NCBI GenBank assembly: GCA_045636425.1
Contig: JAZTXM010000002.1
Location: 2,918 to 66,917, forward strand
Reading direction: 5' to 3'
Source of the DNA: Clostridia bacterium
GTDB taxonomy: Bacteria > Bacillota > Clostridia > UMGS1883
DNA: 64,000 nucleotides
Positions 39,413 through 49,975 of this stretch are shown here, piece after piece; the first letter of the stretch is position 1; each line of letters begins with the position of its first letter. Both the position numbers and the translations under genes were made by a program. The notes below the pieces were generated by a model. It did not search any database. It was not told where the DNA came from and worked only from the letters and a program-made list of their open reading frames with translations.

Positions 39413-40055
39413 CTACCCAAAGTGCCAGCATACATATTAAAATCATGAATATAGCTGAAATAGCCACCGCCACATTAGCGTTGCGAGAGGAATAGTTATT
39501 GGTGCTTTCCAAAAGTCCTCCGCGTCTTAAAACCCTTGTCATAGGCTTATATATAAGAAGCACAAGTGCAGAGTTAAGAATGCATTTTATGATATTGAAA
39601 GGAAGAATTGCAGGTATTAAAAGGTCAGCAACCGCCTGTCTGGGCATGCCTGTGTAGAGTGGGGTAACAAAGTAGTTTAACACCATCATAGCAGCAACTG
39701 CACAAACAGAGCCTATCACAAGCGACACCATTCCGCCCTTGATTGAGCGATACTTACTGTACACTGCCGAAGCAACGCAAGCGAAAGCACAGCTTGCCGC
39801 AATGTTCATAACGCATCCTATAATATGCGTAGAGCTTGAAGTAAGCATTTCTATTAAGGAAACAATCACAGATATTACAAATGCAGTAAGCGGACCGTAT
39901 ATGTATCCGCCAATGACGATTATAACATCCTTAGGGTCATACTGCAAAAAGGGAAACGCCGAAAAAAGCGGCGGAAAGACATATTTTGTAAGCATTACCA
40001 CATATGCAAGAGTACACAGAAGCCCTGTGGTCGTCATTTTTTTTGTATTGTTCAT
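39402..40055 (-). CDS. ribU: ECF transporter S component, riboflavin (RibU-like)
   Basis: FLQYDPKD and ILPFNIIK motifs, multi-TM, downstream of an FMN riboswitch. Confidence 0.85.
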   Translation of the reverse strand: MNNTKKMTTTGLLCTLAYVVMLTKYVFPPLFSAFPFLQYDPKDVIIVIGGYIYGPLTAFVISVIVSLIEMLTSSSTHIIGCVMNIAASCAFACVASAVYSKYRSIKGGMVSLVIGSVCAVAAMMVLNYFVTPLYTGMPRQAVADLLIPAILPFNIIKCILNSALVLLIYKPMTRVLRRGGLLESTNNYSSRNANVAVAISAIFMILICMLALWVVNR

Positions 40056-40088
40056 TAAAAGTCATTCCTTCCGATATACATATACAAA

Positions 40089-40123
40089 TAAAATGCCCCG
40101 ATACATAAACGTATCGGGGCATT
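40089..40123 (-). terminator. Expression-platform terminator of FMN riboswitch
   Basis: AATGCCCCGATAC...GTATCGGGGCATT followed by a T tract on the minus strand. Confidence 0.75.
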
Positions 40124-40145
40124 GTTGTATTTAAAAATACACATT

Positions 40146-40268
40146 TTCTTCTCTCATCCGGACTTTACCGTCGGTTGCAGAATCTCACTGCATCAACCTT
40201 TTAAGGTTCGCGGACTCAGGCTTCTGCCATTACCGCCGGTAGGGAATTTCACCCAACCCCGAAGAATC
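40146..40268 (-). ncRNA. FMN riboswitch (RFN element)
   Basis: Minus strand reads TCTTCGGGGTTGGGTGAAATTCCCTACCGGCGGT...AGTCCGCGA...CCGACGGTAAAGTCCGGATGAGAGAAG, the canonical RFN consensus. Confidence 0.95.
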
Positions 40269-40269
40269 A

Positions 40270-41409
40270 TTATTCATTTTCTTTTTTAAGCTCTTCTTCC
40301 GTAGGTAACTTGATTCCCATCATTTCTTCTGTGATAGGCTCTGCACCTCTGGCACTTCTTATTTCATTAACCCAATTAAATACATATTTATCAAGCTCAT
40401 CTGTTTTCCAGTTGATTTCAAATTCTTCTGCTTTGGAATTTAAAACCTCGCCAAGCTTCTGATTCAAAAGATTCTCTTTATATTCCTTAAATTCATCAAG
40501 GTCGGCATTTACATCATATTTCTTGATAATATGATAGCCATAGTCTGTTTTTACGCCCTGCTTGGTGTATTCTCCTACCTTGAGAGCCATGGAAGCTTCC
40601 TCAAATTCCTGTACCATTTCACCTGTGCCGAATACATAGAATTTTCCGCTTTCCATTCCGGGGTCCTCATCATACTTATCTATAAGAGAGTCAAAATCCT
40701 CGCCCTTAGCAAGCTTTCCGAGAATCTCGTCTACTACTTTAAGAGCTTCTTTGTCGCTTCTTGCAGGAATCACATCGCCCGTTTCGGGGTCTGTCTGCTC
40801 CTGGGTTGATACAAGAATGTGCTGAACACGCATCTTTTCTTCTGAAAAGCCCTCTAAAGCTTCCTGATCTGAAACATATGCTTCTTCGCCCTTTGCAGTT
40901 ATTTTGTCCTGCAAACTAACCATAATCTCCGACATTCCGATACTGTTTTTCACTGCCTTGTCGGTAGTTTTTGCTTCACTTAAAAACTTTTCATATTCAC
41001 TGTCGGTGCTGAAATTCTTTCTAAACGCCTTATATTCTTTATCTACGGCTTTCTGGATTTCCTTACTGCCTTGTTCTATGCCATATTTTTCCTTAGCCAA
41101 TACCGATGCCGCTATCATCACTTCGAGCTGCGCGCCTGTATTCTGACTTATCATCTGACCTAAGGTGTTTATACCATCATATGACTGAACAAACCAATCT
41201 GCTCCGTAATACTGCTCATACTGGGAAACATTATCATACATTGTTCTGTAAACCAGATTATAGTCTGCCTGAGTAATTTCCACACCGTCTACAGTTCCTA
41301 CTATCTCTTTGTCAAGCTTTGTATCACCCGTGGGGGCATCGCCTGAGCAAGCACTAAAGAGAGACAACACAATAATCAATGCAACACAAAGTGCAAAAAA
41401 TCTTTTCAT
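40270..41409 (-). CDS. prsA: PrsA-like parvulin peptidyl-prolyl isomerase lipoprotein
   Basis: Lipobox FSAC; RVQHILV, EDPG, GEMVQEFE and YGYHIIK motifs; follows mfd. Confidence 0.85.
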   Translation of the reverse strand: MKRFFALCVALIIVLSLFSACSGDAPTGDTKLDKEIVGTVDGVEITQADYNLVYRTMYDNVSQYEQYYGADWFVQSYDGINTLGQMISQNTGAQLEVMIAASVLAKEKYGIEQGSKEIQKAVDKEYKAFRKNFSTDSEYEKFLSEAKTTDKAVKNSIGMSEIMVSLQDKITAKGEEAYVSDQEALEGFSEEKMRVQHILVSTQEQTDPETGDVIPARSDKEALKVVDEILGKLAKGEDFDSLIDKYDEDPGMESGKFYVFGTGEMVQEFEEASMALKVGEYTKQGVKTDYGYHIIKKYDVNADLDEFKEYKENLLNQKLGEVLNSKAEEFEINWKTDELDKYVFNWVNEIRSARGAEPITEEMMGIKLPTEEELKKENE

Positions 41410-41432
41410 TTTCATTCCTCCTGTTTTATAGA

Positions 41433-41709
41433 TAGCCATTGAAGTATTATCCGAACCCGCCTGAAACGGCGGAATTTCGGCATCTTTAGGTTTGTCATCC
41501 TTGAAAGGCAACAGCCTATCTGCGTCCTCCACACCAAAATCTGCACAAAATTTCGTCCGTTTCAGGTTCGGAGAATTTTTTGCAAACTATTTTTCTGCCG
41601 ATACGAGGCAAAAACGAAGCCCATACTTTCGTATTGGCAAGGCTTTTAACGACGAAGCGGCAAAAAAGAGGAAGCAAAAAACGTGGTTTGGATAATACTT
41701 CAATGGCTA
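41433..41709. mobile_element. MITE-like element copy B (277 bp, inverted relative to copy A)
   Basis: TIRs TAGCCATTGAAGTATTATCCGAACC / GGTTTGGATAATACTTCAATGGCTA; homologous to 32512-32787. Confidence 0.75.
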
Positions 41710-41723
41710 CACTTAATTATATA

Positions 41724-44700
41724 CTACACTTCATCGTTTTGCAAGCACTTTAATACATTATTTACACTTTCGATGAGTTTATCACCCTTAAGGCCCTTTT
41801 CACGAAGCAGAATATATGGATTGTCCCCTGCTCCGAAAAGTACTTTTCCGCGGTTTTTTGAGGCAAGAATTGAAATTTTATCCACCATTTCACGGCTAAG
41901 AGATTGAATCTTAAAAATAATACCTGCCTCTGCGTGGGAGATTTCCTTGATTCCCGCCTTCTCTGCCGAAATACGAAGCATCTGTATTTCAAGAAGGCTG
42001 TAGGTTTCATTGGGGATTTCTCCGTAGCGGTCCTCAAAGCTTCCCTCAACTGCGTAGCGGTCGTTTATATCTACGATTCCCGCAATTTGCTTATACGCTT
42101 CTATTCTGAGATTTGATGTAGGAATGTAACTGTCGGGGATAAAGGCATTTACTTCAAGGTCAATTACAGTTTCAACCTTTTCGGGGGCTTTGGGTTTACC
42201 CATAGCTTCATTTACAGCTTCCTCAAGGATTGCACAATACATGTCATATCCCACGCTTGCCATAAATCCGTGCTGTTCGGGGCCAAGGACGTTGCCTGCA
42301 CCTCTTATTTCAAGGTCACGCATGGCAATACGGAAGCCTGAGCCGAATTCCGTAAATTCACGGATGGCACGAAGCCTTTTTTCCGCCACCTCGTCAAGAA
42401 TTTTGTTTTTTCTGTAGGTCAGATATGCGTATGCAAGGCGGTTTGTTCTTCCCACTCTGCCACGGAGCTGATAAAGCTGACTAAGCCCCAACGTGTCGGC
42501 ATTTTCAATAACAATGGTGTTTACATTTGCAATATCAAGCCCTGTTTCGATAATGGTGGTGCAGACAAGCACATCTACTTCATGCTCCTCTACCTGCATC
42601 ATTACATCATCAAGCTCGCTCTCGTTCATCTTACCGTGAGCGACGGCTACTCTTGCGTCGGGCACGAGCCTTCTTATGCGTTCAGCCACGCCGTAAATGC
42701 TTTCCACGCGGTTATGCAGGTAATAAACCTGACCGCCTCTTGCCACTTCCCTTTCTATGGCATTTTTAACTACCGCTTCATTATATTCCAGTACATATGT
42801 CTGTACGGGATGACGATCGCTTGGCGGTGCGGAGAGCACACTCATATCCCTTATTCCTATCATTGCCATATGAAGTGTTCTTGGAATGGGAGTTGCACTC
42901 AGGGTAAGAACATCCACGTTCTTTTTCATTTCCTTGATTTTTTCCTTGTGAGTAACGCCGAATCGCTGTTCCTCGTCCACAATTAAAAATCCTAACTTTT
43001 TAAACACCACATTTTTAGACAGAAGCTTATGCGTTCCTACTACTATATCGCACTCGCCCGTCTGAAGCATTTTAAGTGTTTTCTTTGTTTGTGCAGGGGT
43101 TGAAAATCTGGAAAGCATCCTTACCGTTATGGGAAATTCCTTCATTCTTTCCACGAAATTATGATAATGCTGGGAGGCAAGAATGGTCGTGGGTACAAGG
43201 TAGGCTACCTGATATCCGTCCATGACAGCCTTAAATGCTCCGCGCATGGCAACCTCTGTTTTGCCGTAGCCCACATCTCCGCACAAAAGTCTGTCCATGG
43301 GGCGTGTGCTTTCCATATCTTTTTTTATTTCAGCGGTGCTTCTTAACTGGTCTTCTGTTTCTTCATAGGGGAACATGTTTTCAAAATCATGCTGCCAAGG
43401 GGTGTCCTGTGAAAAGGCAACTCCTTGAAGCTGTGCCCTTTCGGCATAAAGTGCCACGAGCTTCTGTGCCATTTCCTCTACGCTCTGACGCACCTTGCGT
43501 TTTGCGTTAGCCCATTCATTTGACCCCAGGCGATTAAGACGCACCATTTTGTTTTCTCCGCCTGTGTATTTGCTGACGGCATCAAGCTGACCTACGGGTA
43601 GATAAAGAAAATCCTCTCCCCGATACTCTATTTTAATATAGTCCTTCGTAACTCCGCTTACTTTCATGCGGACTATCCCTAAATATTTTCCGATACCGTG
43701 TGCACGGTGAACAACGTAGTCTCCCAAATCAAGCTGGTCGGCACTGCGGATTTTCATGGTGTCTTCGCTTTTTGGCGTTCTTCTCTTTTTCTTTTCTGCG
43801 GCAAAAATTTCCTTGTCGCTTACTACGGCATAGCCGTCTAAGGGGTATTCAAATCCCTTGGTGATACTGCCCGGCATAACCGTTACATATTTATCGGAAA
43901 GAATTTCGGGAGAATCCTCATATGATGCACGAACATCCCTTTCGTTAAGCATTTCGGTAATTTTCTTTGCTCTTGAGGTGCTTCCTGCAAGGATAACGGT
44001 TTTCACGCCCTCTTGATGCCAACGCTCCACATCGGAAATAAGGAAATCAATATTCCCGCTGTAGCTACTCATACCCTTGCTTGTAATTTCACATTCCGTT
44101 TTAATATCCCAGTCGGGACAGGCTCTGCCTATAGAGGAAAGGGCAATGCTTGCACTGCTTCCTATACGCATGGCAACATCGCTGTAACGGCTGATACAGT
44201 CATAAAGCTCTGTTACAAGATTATTTTCAGCATGGGTTTTTATATTTTCGGAAAGCTCCCATTCTACCGCCTTGGCACTTTCGCTCATTCTGGCAGGCTC
44301 ATCCGTAAAAATAATATAGCTGTCATCCAAGTAAGAGAGCATACTTTCCCTTGAATTTTGGACTTTCACGGGGAGTATCTTAGCCTCATTAATTTTTTCG
44401 ATGCTCATCTGCGTTTCACAGTCAAAGCTTCTTAAGGAATCAATATCATCACCGAAAAGCTCCATACGGATGGGAAGAAGTGCGTCGGGAGAATATATAT
44501 CCACAATACCGCCGCGGATTGCAAACTGCCCGGGGAGATTTACTACATCTACCCTGCTATACCCCATTTCTGAAAGCTTTGATGCAAGATTCCCAGAATC
44601 GGTTACTCCACCGTATGAAAAAGACATACAGAGAGAATCAAAGTCTTTTTTAGGCACGACAAAATGGAGAAGCGATTCTACCGATAAAACGGCATTTGCT

Positions 44701-45035
44701 CCCCCTGCAAGTGCACCAAGTGCTGCTGCACGCTTGTTTTGTGCCTCATGATTTGATGCTTCAACCTTATATAGCAAAATTTCCTTGGGCGGGATATAAA
44801 CACATTCATTCTCACTAAAAAAACGTAGGTCTTCAAAAAGCCTTCTTGCCTGAATTTCATTATGTGTAACGACAAACGCTTTTTTTCTCAGCTTTTCACA
44901 TATGGAATTAATAAGATGTGCTTTCTGTGCGTCGGCACTTCCGCTTATCATCAAAGGAAAGCTTCCCCTTTGAGCTTCAAGGATGATTTTTTGAAACTGC
45001 TTTGAATTATCAAGCAAGTTGCTTAGTACATTCAT
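41724..45035 (-). CDS. mfd: Transcription-repair coupling factor
   Basis: GDYVVHRAHGIG (RID), GDVGYGKT, DEEQRFG, QLRGRVGR and TRCF C-terminus. Confidence 0.98.
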   Translation of the reverse strand: MNVLSNLLDNSKQFQKIILEAQRGSFPLMISGSADAQKAHLINSICEKLRKKAFVVTHNEIQARRLFEDLRFFSENECVYIPPKEILLYKVEASNHEAQNKRAAALGALAGGANAVLSVESLLHFVVPKKDFDSLCMSFSYGGVTDSGNLASKLSEMGYSRVDVVNLPGQFAIRGGIVDIYSPDALLPIRMELFGDDIDSLRSFDCETQMSIEKINEAKILPVKVQNSRESMLSYLDDSYIIFTDEPARMSESAKAVEWELSENIKTHAENNLVTELYDCISRYSDVAMRIGSSASIALSSIGRACPDWDIKTECEITSKGMSSYSGNIDFLISDVERWHQEGVKTVILAGSTSRAKKITEMLNERDVRASYEDSPEILSDKYVTVMPGSITKGFEYPLDGYAVVSDKEIFAAEKKKRRTPKSEDTMKIRSADQLDLGDYVVHRAHGIGKYLGIVRMKVSGVTKDYIKIEYRGEDFLYLPVGQLDAVSKYTGGENKMVRLNRLGSNEWANAKRKVRQSVEEMAQKLVALYAERAQLQGVAFSQDTPWQHDFENMFPYEETEDQLRSTAEIKKDMESTRPMDRLLCGDVGYGKTEVAMRGAFKAVMDGYQVAYLVPTTILASQHYHNFVERMKEFPITVRMLSRFSTPAQTKKTLKMLQTGECDIVVGTHKLLSKNVVFKKLGFLIVDEEQRFGVTHKEKIKEMKKNVDVLTLSATPIPRTLHMAMIGIRDMSVLSAPPSDRHPVQTYVLEYNEAVVKNAIEREVARGGQVYYLHNRVESIYGVAERIRRLVPDARVAVAHGKMNESELDDVMMQVEEHEVDVLVCTTIIETGLDIANVNTIVIENADTLGLSQLYQLRGRVGRTNRLAYAYLTYRKNKILDEVAEKRLRAIREFTEFGSGFRIAMRDLEIRGAGNVLGPEQHGFMASVGYDMYCAILEEAVNEAMGKPKAPEKVETVIDLEVNAFIPDSYIPTSNLRIEAYKQIAGIVDINDRYAVEGSFEDRYGEIPNETYSLLEIQMLRISAEKAGIKEISHAEAGIIFKIQSLSREMVDKISILASKNRGKVLFGAGDNPYILLREKGLKGDKLIESVNNVLKCLQNDEV

Positions 45036-45038
45036 ATA

Positions 45039-45602
45039 TCACAACACCTTGTTGTTAAAGTTACTCATAGCCTCGGAAATACCCTGTTTCATAATTACGG
45101 AGAGTATGTCCTCTATCTTCTTTATCGCACGTGTTACCATCACGCCGTCTTCATCATTAAAATGCCCTAAAACATGGTCTGCAAGGTCGTGCTTTGGTGC
45201 ACCTACTCCGAAGCGTACACGGGGGAATTCATCACTACCCAAAAGATATATAATATTCTTCATTCCGTTGTGTCCTCCGGCACTTCCCGATGGGCGGATT
45301 CTGACCTTTCCGACTTCAAGGGTTACATCGTCATATACAACTATTATATTCTCCGTAGGAATTTTATAGAATTGAGCCGCTTCCAAAACACTCTGTCCGC
45401 TTAAATTCATAAAGGTCTGAGGTTTTAAAAGCACACATTTTTCCGTACCGATAAAGCCTTCGCCATATACCCCTTTAAACTTAATCTTCGTCATCTTAAC
45501 TCCGATTTGCTCTGCAAGATAGTCCAGGGCAATAAAACCTACATTATGCCTTGTCTTTTCATATTCACGCCCGGGATTTCCCAAACCTACTATCAGATAC
45601 AT
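45039..45602 (-). CDS. pth: Peptidyl-tRNA hydrolase
   Basis: GLGNPG, TRHNVG, KPQTFMNLSG and GGHNG motifs. Confidence 0.98.
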   Translation of the reverse strand: MYLIVGLGNPGREYEKTRHNVGFIALDYLAEQIGVKMTKIKFKGVYGEGFIGTEKCVLLKPQTFMNLSGQSVLEAAQFYKIPTENIIVVYDDVTLEVGKVRIRPSGSAGGHNGMKNIIYLLGSDEFPRVRFGVGAPKHDLADHVLGHFNDEDGVMVTRAIKKIEDILSVIMKQGISEAMSNFNNKVL

Positions 45603-45702
45603 GGTTATTTCTCCTTATATGCTTTTTTGCATTCCACAATGCCGCCACGAAGTTTCGGGGCGGCATTGCAGGTACTTTTATTATAATCTTTTTTTACAGT
45701 GA

Positions 45703-46659
45703 TTATGTAAAGAGAGGACTTACAGAAACATCTTCATAGATACGCTCTATAGCTTCTGCAAAAATAGGAGCTACGCTGAGTATCTTTGTCTTCTTCATAA
45801 TCTTTTCCGGAGGAAGCTCGATTGTGTTAAGACAAACAAGTTCCTGAATGGGACTTGCTTCAAGTCTTTCTATAGCAGGACCGCTGAGAACAGGATGTGT
45901 ACAGCATGCATATACCTCTGTAGCACCCTTATCTACAAGAGCCTGTGCAGCATGAACGATTGTTCCTGCCGTATCAATCATATCATCAACCAAAATAACC
46001 TTCTTGCCCTTAACTTCACCTATGATATTCATAACCTCGCTTACGTTGGGCTTGGGGCGACGCTTGTCAATGATTGCAATGGGAGCATTAAGCTTCTGTG
46101 CAAAGTTTCTTGCACGTGTAACGCTGCCGAAATCGGGAGATACTACAACTATATCATCCATATCGTCCTTAAACTTTTCTATGAAATACGGAGCCAGAAT
46201 CGGCACGCCAAGCAAGTGGTCAACAGGAATATTGAAAAAGCCCTGAATCTGTGCTGCGTGAAGGTCCATTGTAAGAACTCTGTCAGCTCCTGCTTCTGCA
46301 ATAAGGTCTGCAACAAGCTTTGCACTGATCGGATCTCTTGCCTTTGCCTTTCTATCCTGACGAGCATATCCGAAATAGGGCATTACGGCAGTAATTCTTC
46401 CTGCAGATGCTCTCTTAAACGCATCAATCATAATAAGCATTTCCATAAGATTGTCGTTTACGGGAGCACTTGTAGACTGAACTACGAAAACATCGCTTCC
46501 GCGAACGGTTTCGCCGATGTTTACAAAGATTTCCCCGTCAGAGAAAAGACCAACCTTGGACTCACCCAAAGTAAGATTGAGCTTTCCTGCGATTTCCGCT
46601 GCAAGCTTGGGATTTGAATTTGCCGCAAAAATCTTGATGTTTTTTCCGTGTGATATCAT
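45703..46659 (-). CDS. prs: Ribose-phosphate pyrophosphokinase
   Basis: [23 protein letters not shown] and [10 protein letters not shown] motifs. Confidence 0.98.
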   Translation of the reverse strand: MISHGKNIKIFAANSNPKLAAEIAGKLNLTLGESKVGLFSDGEIFVNIGETVRGSDVFVVQSTSAPVNDNLMEMLIMIDAFKRASAGRITAVMPYFGYARQDRKAKARDPISAKLVADLIAEAGADRVLTMDLHAAQIQGFFNIPVDHLLGVPILAPYFIEKFKDDMDDIVVVSPDFGSVTRARNFAQKLNAPIAIIDKRRPKPNVSEVMNIIGEVKGKKVILVDDMIDTAGTIVHAAQALVDKGATEVYACCTHPVLSGPAIERLEASPIQELVCLNTIELPPEKIMKKTKILSVAPIFAEAIERIYEDVSVSPLFT

Positions 46660-46688
46660 TTTGACATTCCTCCGTATGTATATTAAAA

Positions 46689-48053
46689 TTATTTCTTTCG
46701 TCTGTCGTTCCAGTTTTCTTTCACGACCTGGCGTGCCCTTGCAATAGCCAAGGCATCTTTCGGTACTTCATCGGTTATGGTTGAGCCTGCCGCAATATAA
46801 GCACCTTCGTTTATCGTAACAGGTGAAACAAGATTGGAATTACAACCTATAAAAGCATTATCCTTAATAACTGTTTTATACTTGTTTTTACCATCGTAAT
46901 TAACAACTACCGTACCGCAGCCGAAGTTAACCTTGCTTCCTACCTCCGCATCACCCACATAGGTAAGATGTGAAAGCTTTGTTCCGTTACCTATAATTGC
47001 TTTTTTAAGTTCAACAAAGTCTCCGACCTTACACTCATCACCCACACTGCATCCAGGACGCACATATGCGTAGGGACCCACGTGAGTACGGCAACCTATG
47101 GAGCTGTCGGTTATGGTGGAAATATTTATATCTGTTTCATCGCCGATAACGGCGTTTGTCAGCTTGCAGTTGGGTCCTATATACACGTTTTTTCCGATGA
47201 CGCATTTTCCCTCTATTACCGTACCGGGATAAATAATCGTGTCCGTACCAATAACTGCTTCATCGCATATATATGTATTGTCGGGATCGATAATGGTCAC
47301 GCCGGAAAGCATATACTTTTCGTTGATTCTTCTGCGCATGATTTTCTCACCCACAGAAAGCTGCACACGGTCATTGATTCCCATAATCTCATCAGAATCA
47401 CTGACAATGTATGCTCCTGCTTTTCCTCCGCCCCGGCAGATAATTTCCAATGCATCGGTAAGATAATACTCGCCCTGTGCGTTATTATCGGTAATTAGGT
47501 CAAGAGCATTCAAAAGGCTTTTTGCCTTAAAGAAATACATTCCGGAATTGATTTCAGAAACCTTGAGTTCTTCTTCGCTTGCATCTTTATGCTCTACGAT
47601 TTTCAAAACCGTGCCGTCCTCTTTTCTGATAATTCTTCCATATCCGTACGGATTTGAAAAATTAGCGGTAAGTACGGTTACATCATTGCACTCCTCTGTA
47701 TGTACACGCATTGCTTCACGAAGTGTTTGCTCTGAAATAAGGGGGGTATCGCCTGTAAGCACGCAGACATGCTCGCTTTCTTCCAAAAACGCACGTGCCT
47801 GCATTACTGCATGGCCTGTTCCCTTCTGCTCATGCTGGTACACGAAAGTAGCACGCTCACCCACTGCCGCTTTCACCATATCGGCACAATGACCGACTAC
47901 AACCTGTGCTTTAACTGCACCCGATGAAAGGGCACTGTCAAGAACGCGGTTTACCATTTCCTTTCCGCATACCTTATGAACAACTTTTGACTTCATGCTC
48001 TTCATACGTTTACCTTCGCCGGCGGCGAGAATAAGCGCTGAAAATTCTGCCAT
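46689..48053 (-). CDS. glmU: Bifunctional UDP-GlcNAc pyrophosphorylase/acetyltransferase
   Basis: [22 protein letters not shown] and hexapeptide repeats. Confidence 0.98.
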   Translation of the reverse strand: MAEFSALILAAGEGKRMKSMKSKVVHKVCGKEMVNRVLDSALSSGAVKAQVVVGHCADMVKAAVGERATFVYQHEQKGTGHAVMQARAFLEESEHVCVLTGDTPLISEQTLREAMRVHTEECNDVTVLTANFSNPYGYGRIIRKEDGTVLKIVEHKDASEEELKVSEINSGMYFFKAKSLLNALDLITDNNAQGEYYLTDALEIICRGGGKAGAYIVSDSDEIMGINDRVQLSVGEKIMRRRINEKYMLSGVTIIDPDNTYICDEAVIGTDTIIYPGTVIEGKCVIGKNVYIGPNCKLTNAVIGDETDINISTITDSSIGCRTHVGPYAYVRPGCSVGDECKVGDFVELKKAIIGNGTKLSHLTYVGDAEVGSKVNFGCGTVVVNYDGKNKYKTVIKDNAFIGCNSNLVSPVTINEGAYIAAGSTITDEVPKDALAIARARQVVKENWNDRRKK

Positions 48054-48114
48054 TAATATCATCCCTTCCTAAAGTCAAAAAGGCAAGCAAATAAGCTTGC
48101 CCGGTCATTTTGCA

Positions 48115-48396
48115 TTACTCTGCTGTCTCTTCTGATTCTGTAGCGAGAAATTCTTCATACTTAGCAAGAATGGCATTCTGAAGCTGTTCACGCATTTCTG
48201 AAGTAATCGGATGTACGATATCTCTGTATGTGCCGTCAGCTGACTTTCTGCTGGGCATTGCCGCAAAAAGCTTTTCTTTTCCTTCGATTACCTTGATGTC
48301 ATGCACTACAAAGACATCATCGAAGGTAACAGAGACAACAGCCTTCATTTTTCCTTCCTGTGAAACTTTTCTCACCTTAATGTCTGTGATTTGCAT
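48115..48396 (-). CDS. spoVG: Septation regulator SpoVG
   Basis: [10 protein letters not shown]...[11 protein letters not shown]...AMPSRK...DIVHPI. Confidence 0.97.
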   Translation of the reverse strand: MQITDIKVRKVSQEGKMKAVVSVTFDDVFVVHDIKVIEGKEKLFAAMPSRKSADGTYRDIVHPITSEMREQLQNAILAKYEEFLATESEETAE

Positions 48397-48544
48397 ACTT
48401 TTTCCCTCCGAAAATGAATTTTTTTAAATTTTTTTCATTTTTCTATTGATTTTTTTCCCTAATATGTATAATATCAAATAATGAATGTTATTTCAACAAA
48501 AAAATTAAATTTTTTATGAATTTACTACTTTTATATAAAGGCGA

Positions 48545-49927
48545 GTGATTTTTTTGAGCAATATTACCATTAAAAAGGGTATGCGCGTTCATTTAATAGG
48601 CATCGGCGGAGTAAGCATGTCGGGTATTGCCCGGATGCTTCTCAATGAGGGATGCGTTATTTCAGGCTCCGACAGATCCACCTCTACTCTAACAGAAAAG
48701 CTGGTTTCAATGGGAATCACTGTGCATATAGGTCACGACGCTGACAATATCCGTGACTGTGATTTGGTTGTATACAGTGCCGCTATTGCTGAAAACAATC
48801 CTGAGCGTGTTCGTGCGAAGGAATTGGGAATCACACAAATAGACAGAGCAGAAATGCTTGGCATTATTATGAAAGAGTACGACTGCCCGATTTGCATCAG
48901 CGGAACTCACGGAAAAACTACCACTTCGGGAATGCTTACCCATATTTTCATGGAATGTGGCATGAATCCCACGGTTACCGTAGGTGGAGAATTGGATATT
49001 ATCCGCGGCAATGCACATATAGGCGGTAAGGAATACTTTATTGCCGAGGCGTGCGAGTATCATCAGAGCTTTCTGAGATTCTTCCCCAAGGTATCCGTTA
49101 TCACTAATATTGAGGCGGATCACCTTGATTATTTCCGTGATTTGGATCATATTATAGACACATTCAGATCACTTGCACTTCTTACGCCTGATGATGGTGC
49201 CCTTATAATTAACGGTGAGGATTCAAATGTTTTAAAAGCAGTGTCAGGCATCGACCGCAGGATAATTACCTTTGGAATACACGGCGATTTTGATTATACC
49301 ATTGACAATATGACGCATAACGGATATAACCACTATACTTTCACAGTTTGCAAAAAGGGAAATCCCGTTGGCAACATACGTCTTTGTGTTCCCGGTGTGC
49401 ACAACGTTTATGATGCACTGGCGGCATTTGCAACGGCAGACTATTTAGGTCTTGACACGGAGAGCATATGCGATTGTCTGTACCGTTTCGGGGGCACACA
49501 CCGCCGTTTTGAAACAAGAGGTATCATGGGCGGAATCATGGTAGTTGATGACTATGCTCACCATCCCACGGAAATAGCCGCTACACTAAGCGCCGCCCGC
49601 GACATGAAATATAACAATGTATGGTGTCTTTTCCAGCCCCACACATATACGAGAACGTACAATTTCTTTGATGATTTTGTAAAGGTTCTCTCCGAAAGCG
49701 GAGCAAATATTATAATAACGGATATCTATGCGGCACGTGAAGCTGACACAGGGCTTGTGAGTGCACAGCAGCTTGCAAATGCTATTCCCAACGCCGTATA
49801 CAAAAAGACTTTCCAGGAATCCGCCGAATTTATCAAAGCACAGGCAAAGCGTGGTGACATTGTAATCACGATGGGTGCAGGCGATGTTTATAAAGTCGGG
49901 GATATACTACTTTCTCATAATGAATAA
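48545..49927 (+). CDS. murC: UDP-N-acetylmuramate--L-alanine ligase
   Basis: GIGGVSMSG, GTHGKTTT, EACEY, DDYAHHPTEI and FQPHTYTRT motifs. Confidence 0.96.
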   Translation: MIFLSNITIKKGMRVHLIGIGGVSMSGIARMLLNEGCVISGSDRSTSTLTEKLVSMGITVHIGHDADNIRDCDLVVYSAAIAENNPERVRAKELGITQIDRAEMLGIIMKEYDCPICISGTHGKTTTSGMLTHIFMECGMNPTVTVGGELDIIRGNAHIGGKEYFIAEACEYHQSFLRFFPKVSVITNIEADHLDYFRDLDHIIDTFRSLALLTPDDGALIINGEDSNVLKAVSGIDRRIITFGIHGDFDYTIDNMTHNGYNHYTFTVCKKGNPVGNIRLCVPGVHNVYDALAAFATADYLGLDTESICDCLYRFGGTHRRFETRGIMGGIMVVDDYAHHPTEIAATLSAARDMKYNNVWCLFQPHTYTRTYNFFDDFVKVLSESGANIIITDIYAAREADTGLVSAQQLANAIPNAVYKKTFQESAEFIKAQAKRGDIVITMGAGDVYKVGDILLSHNE

Positions 49928-49973
49928 CAAGAGGGTGTAAAAAAGTTAAACTTTTTTACACCTTCTTGTTATT
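49923..49973. terminator. Bidirectional terminator between murC and uvrC
   Basis: AATAACAAGAGGGTGTAAAAAAG...CTTTTTTACACCTTCTTGTTATT. Confidence 0.7.
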
Positions 49974-49975
49974 TG

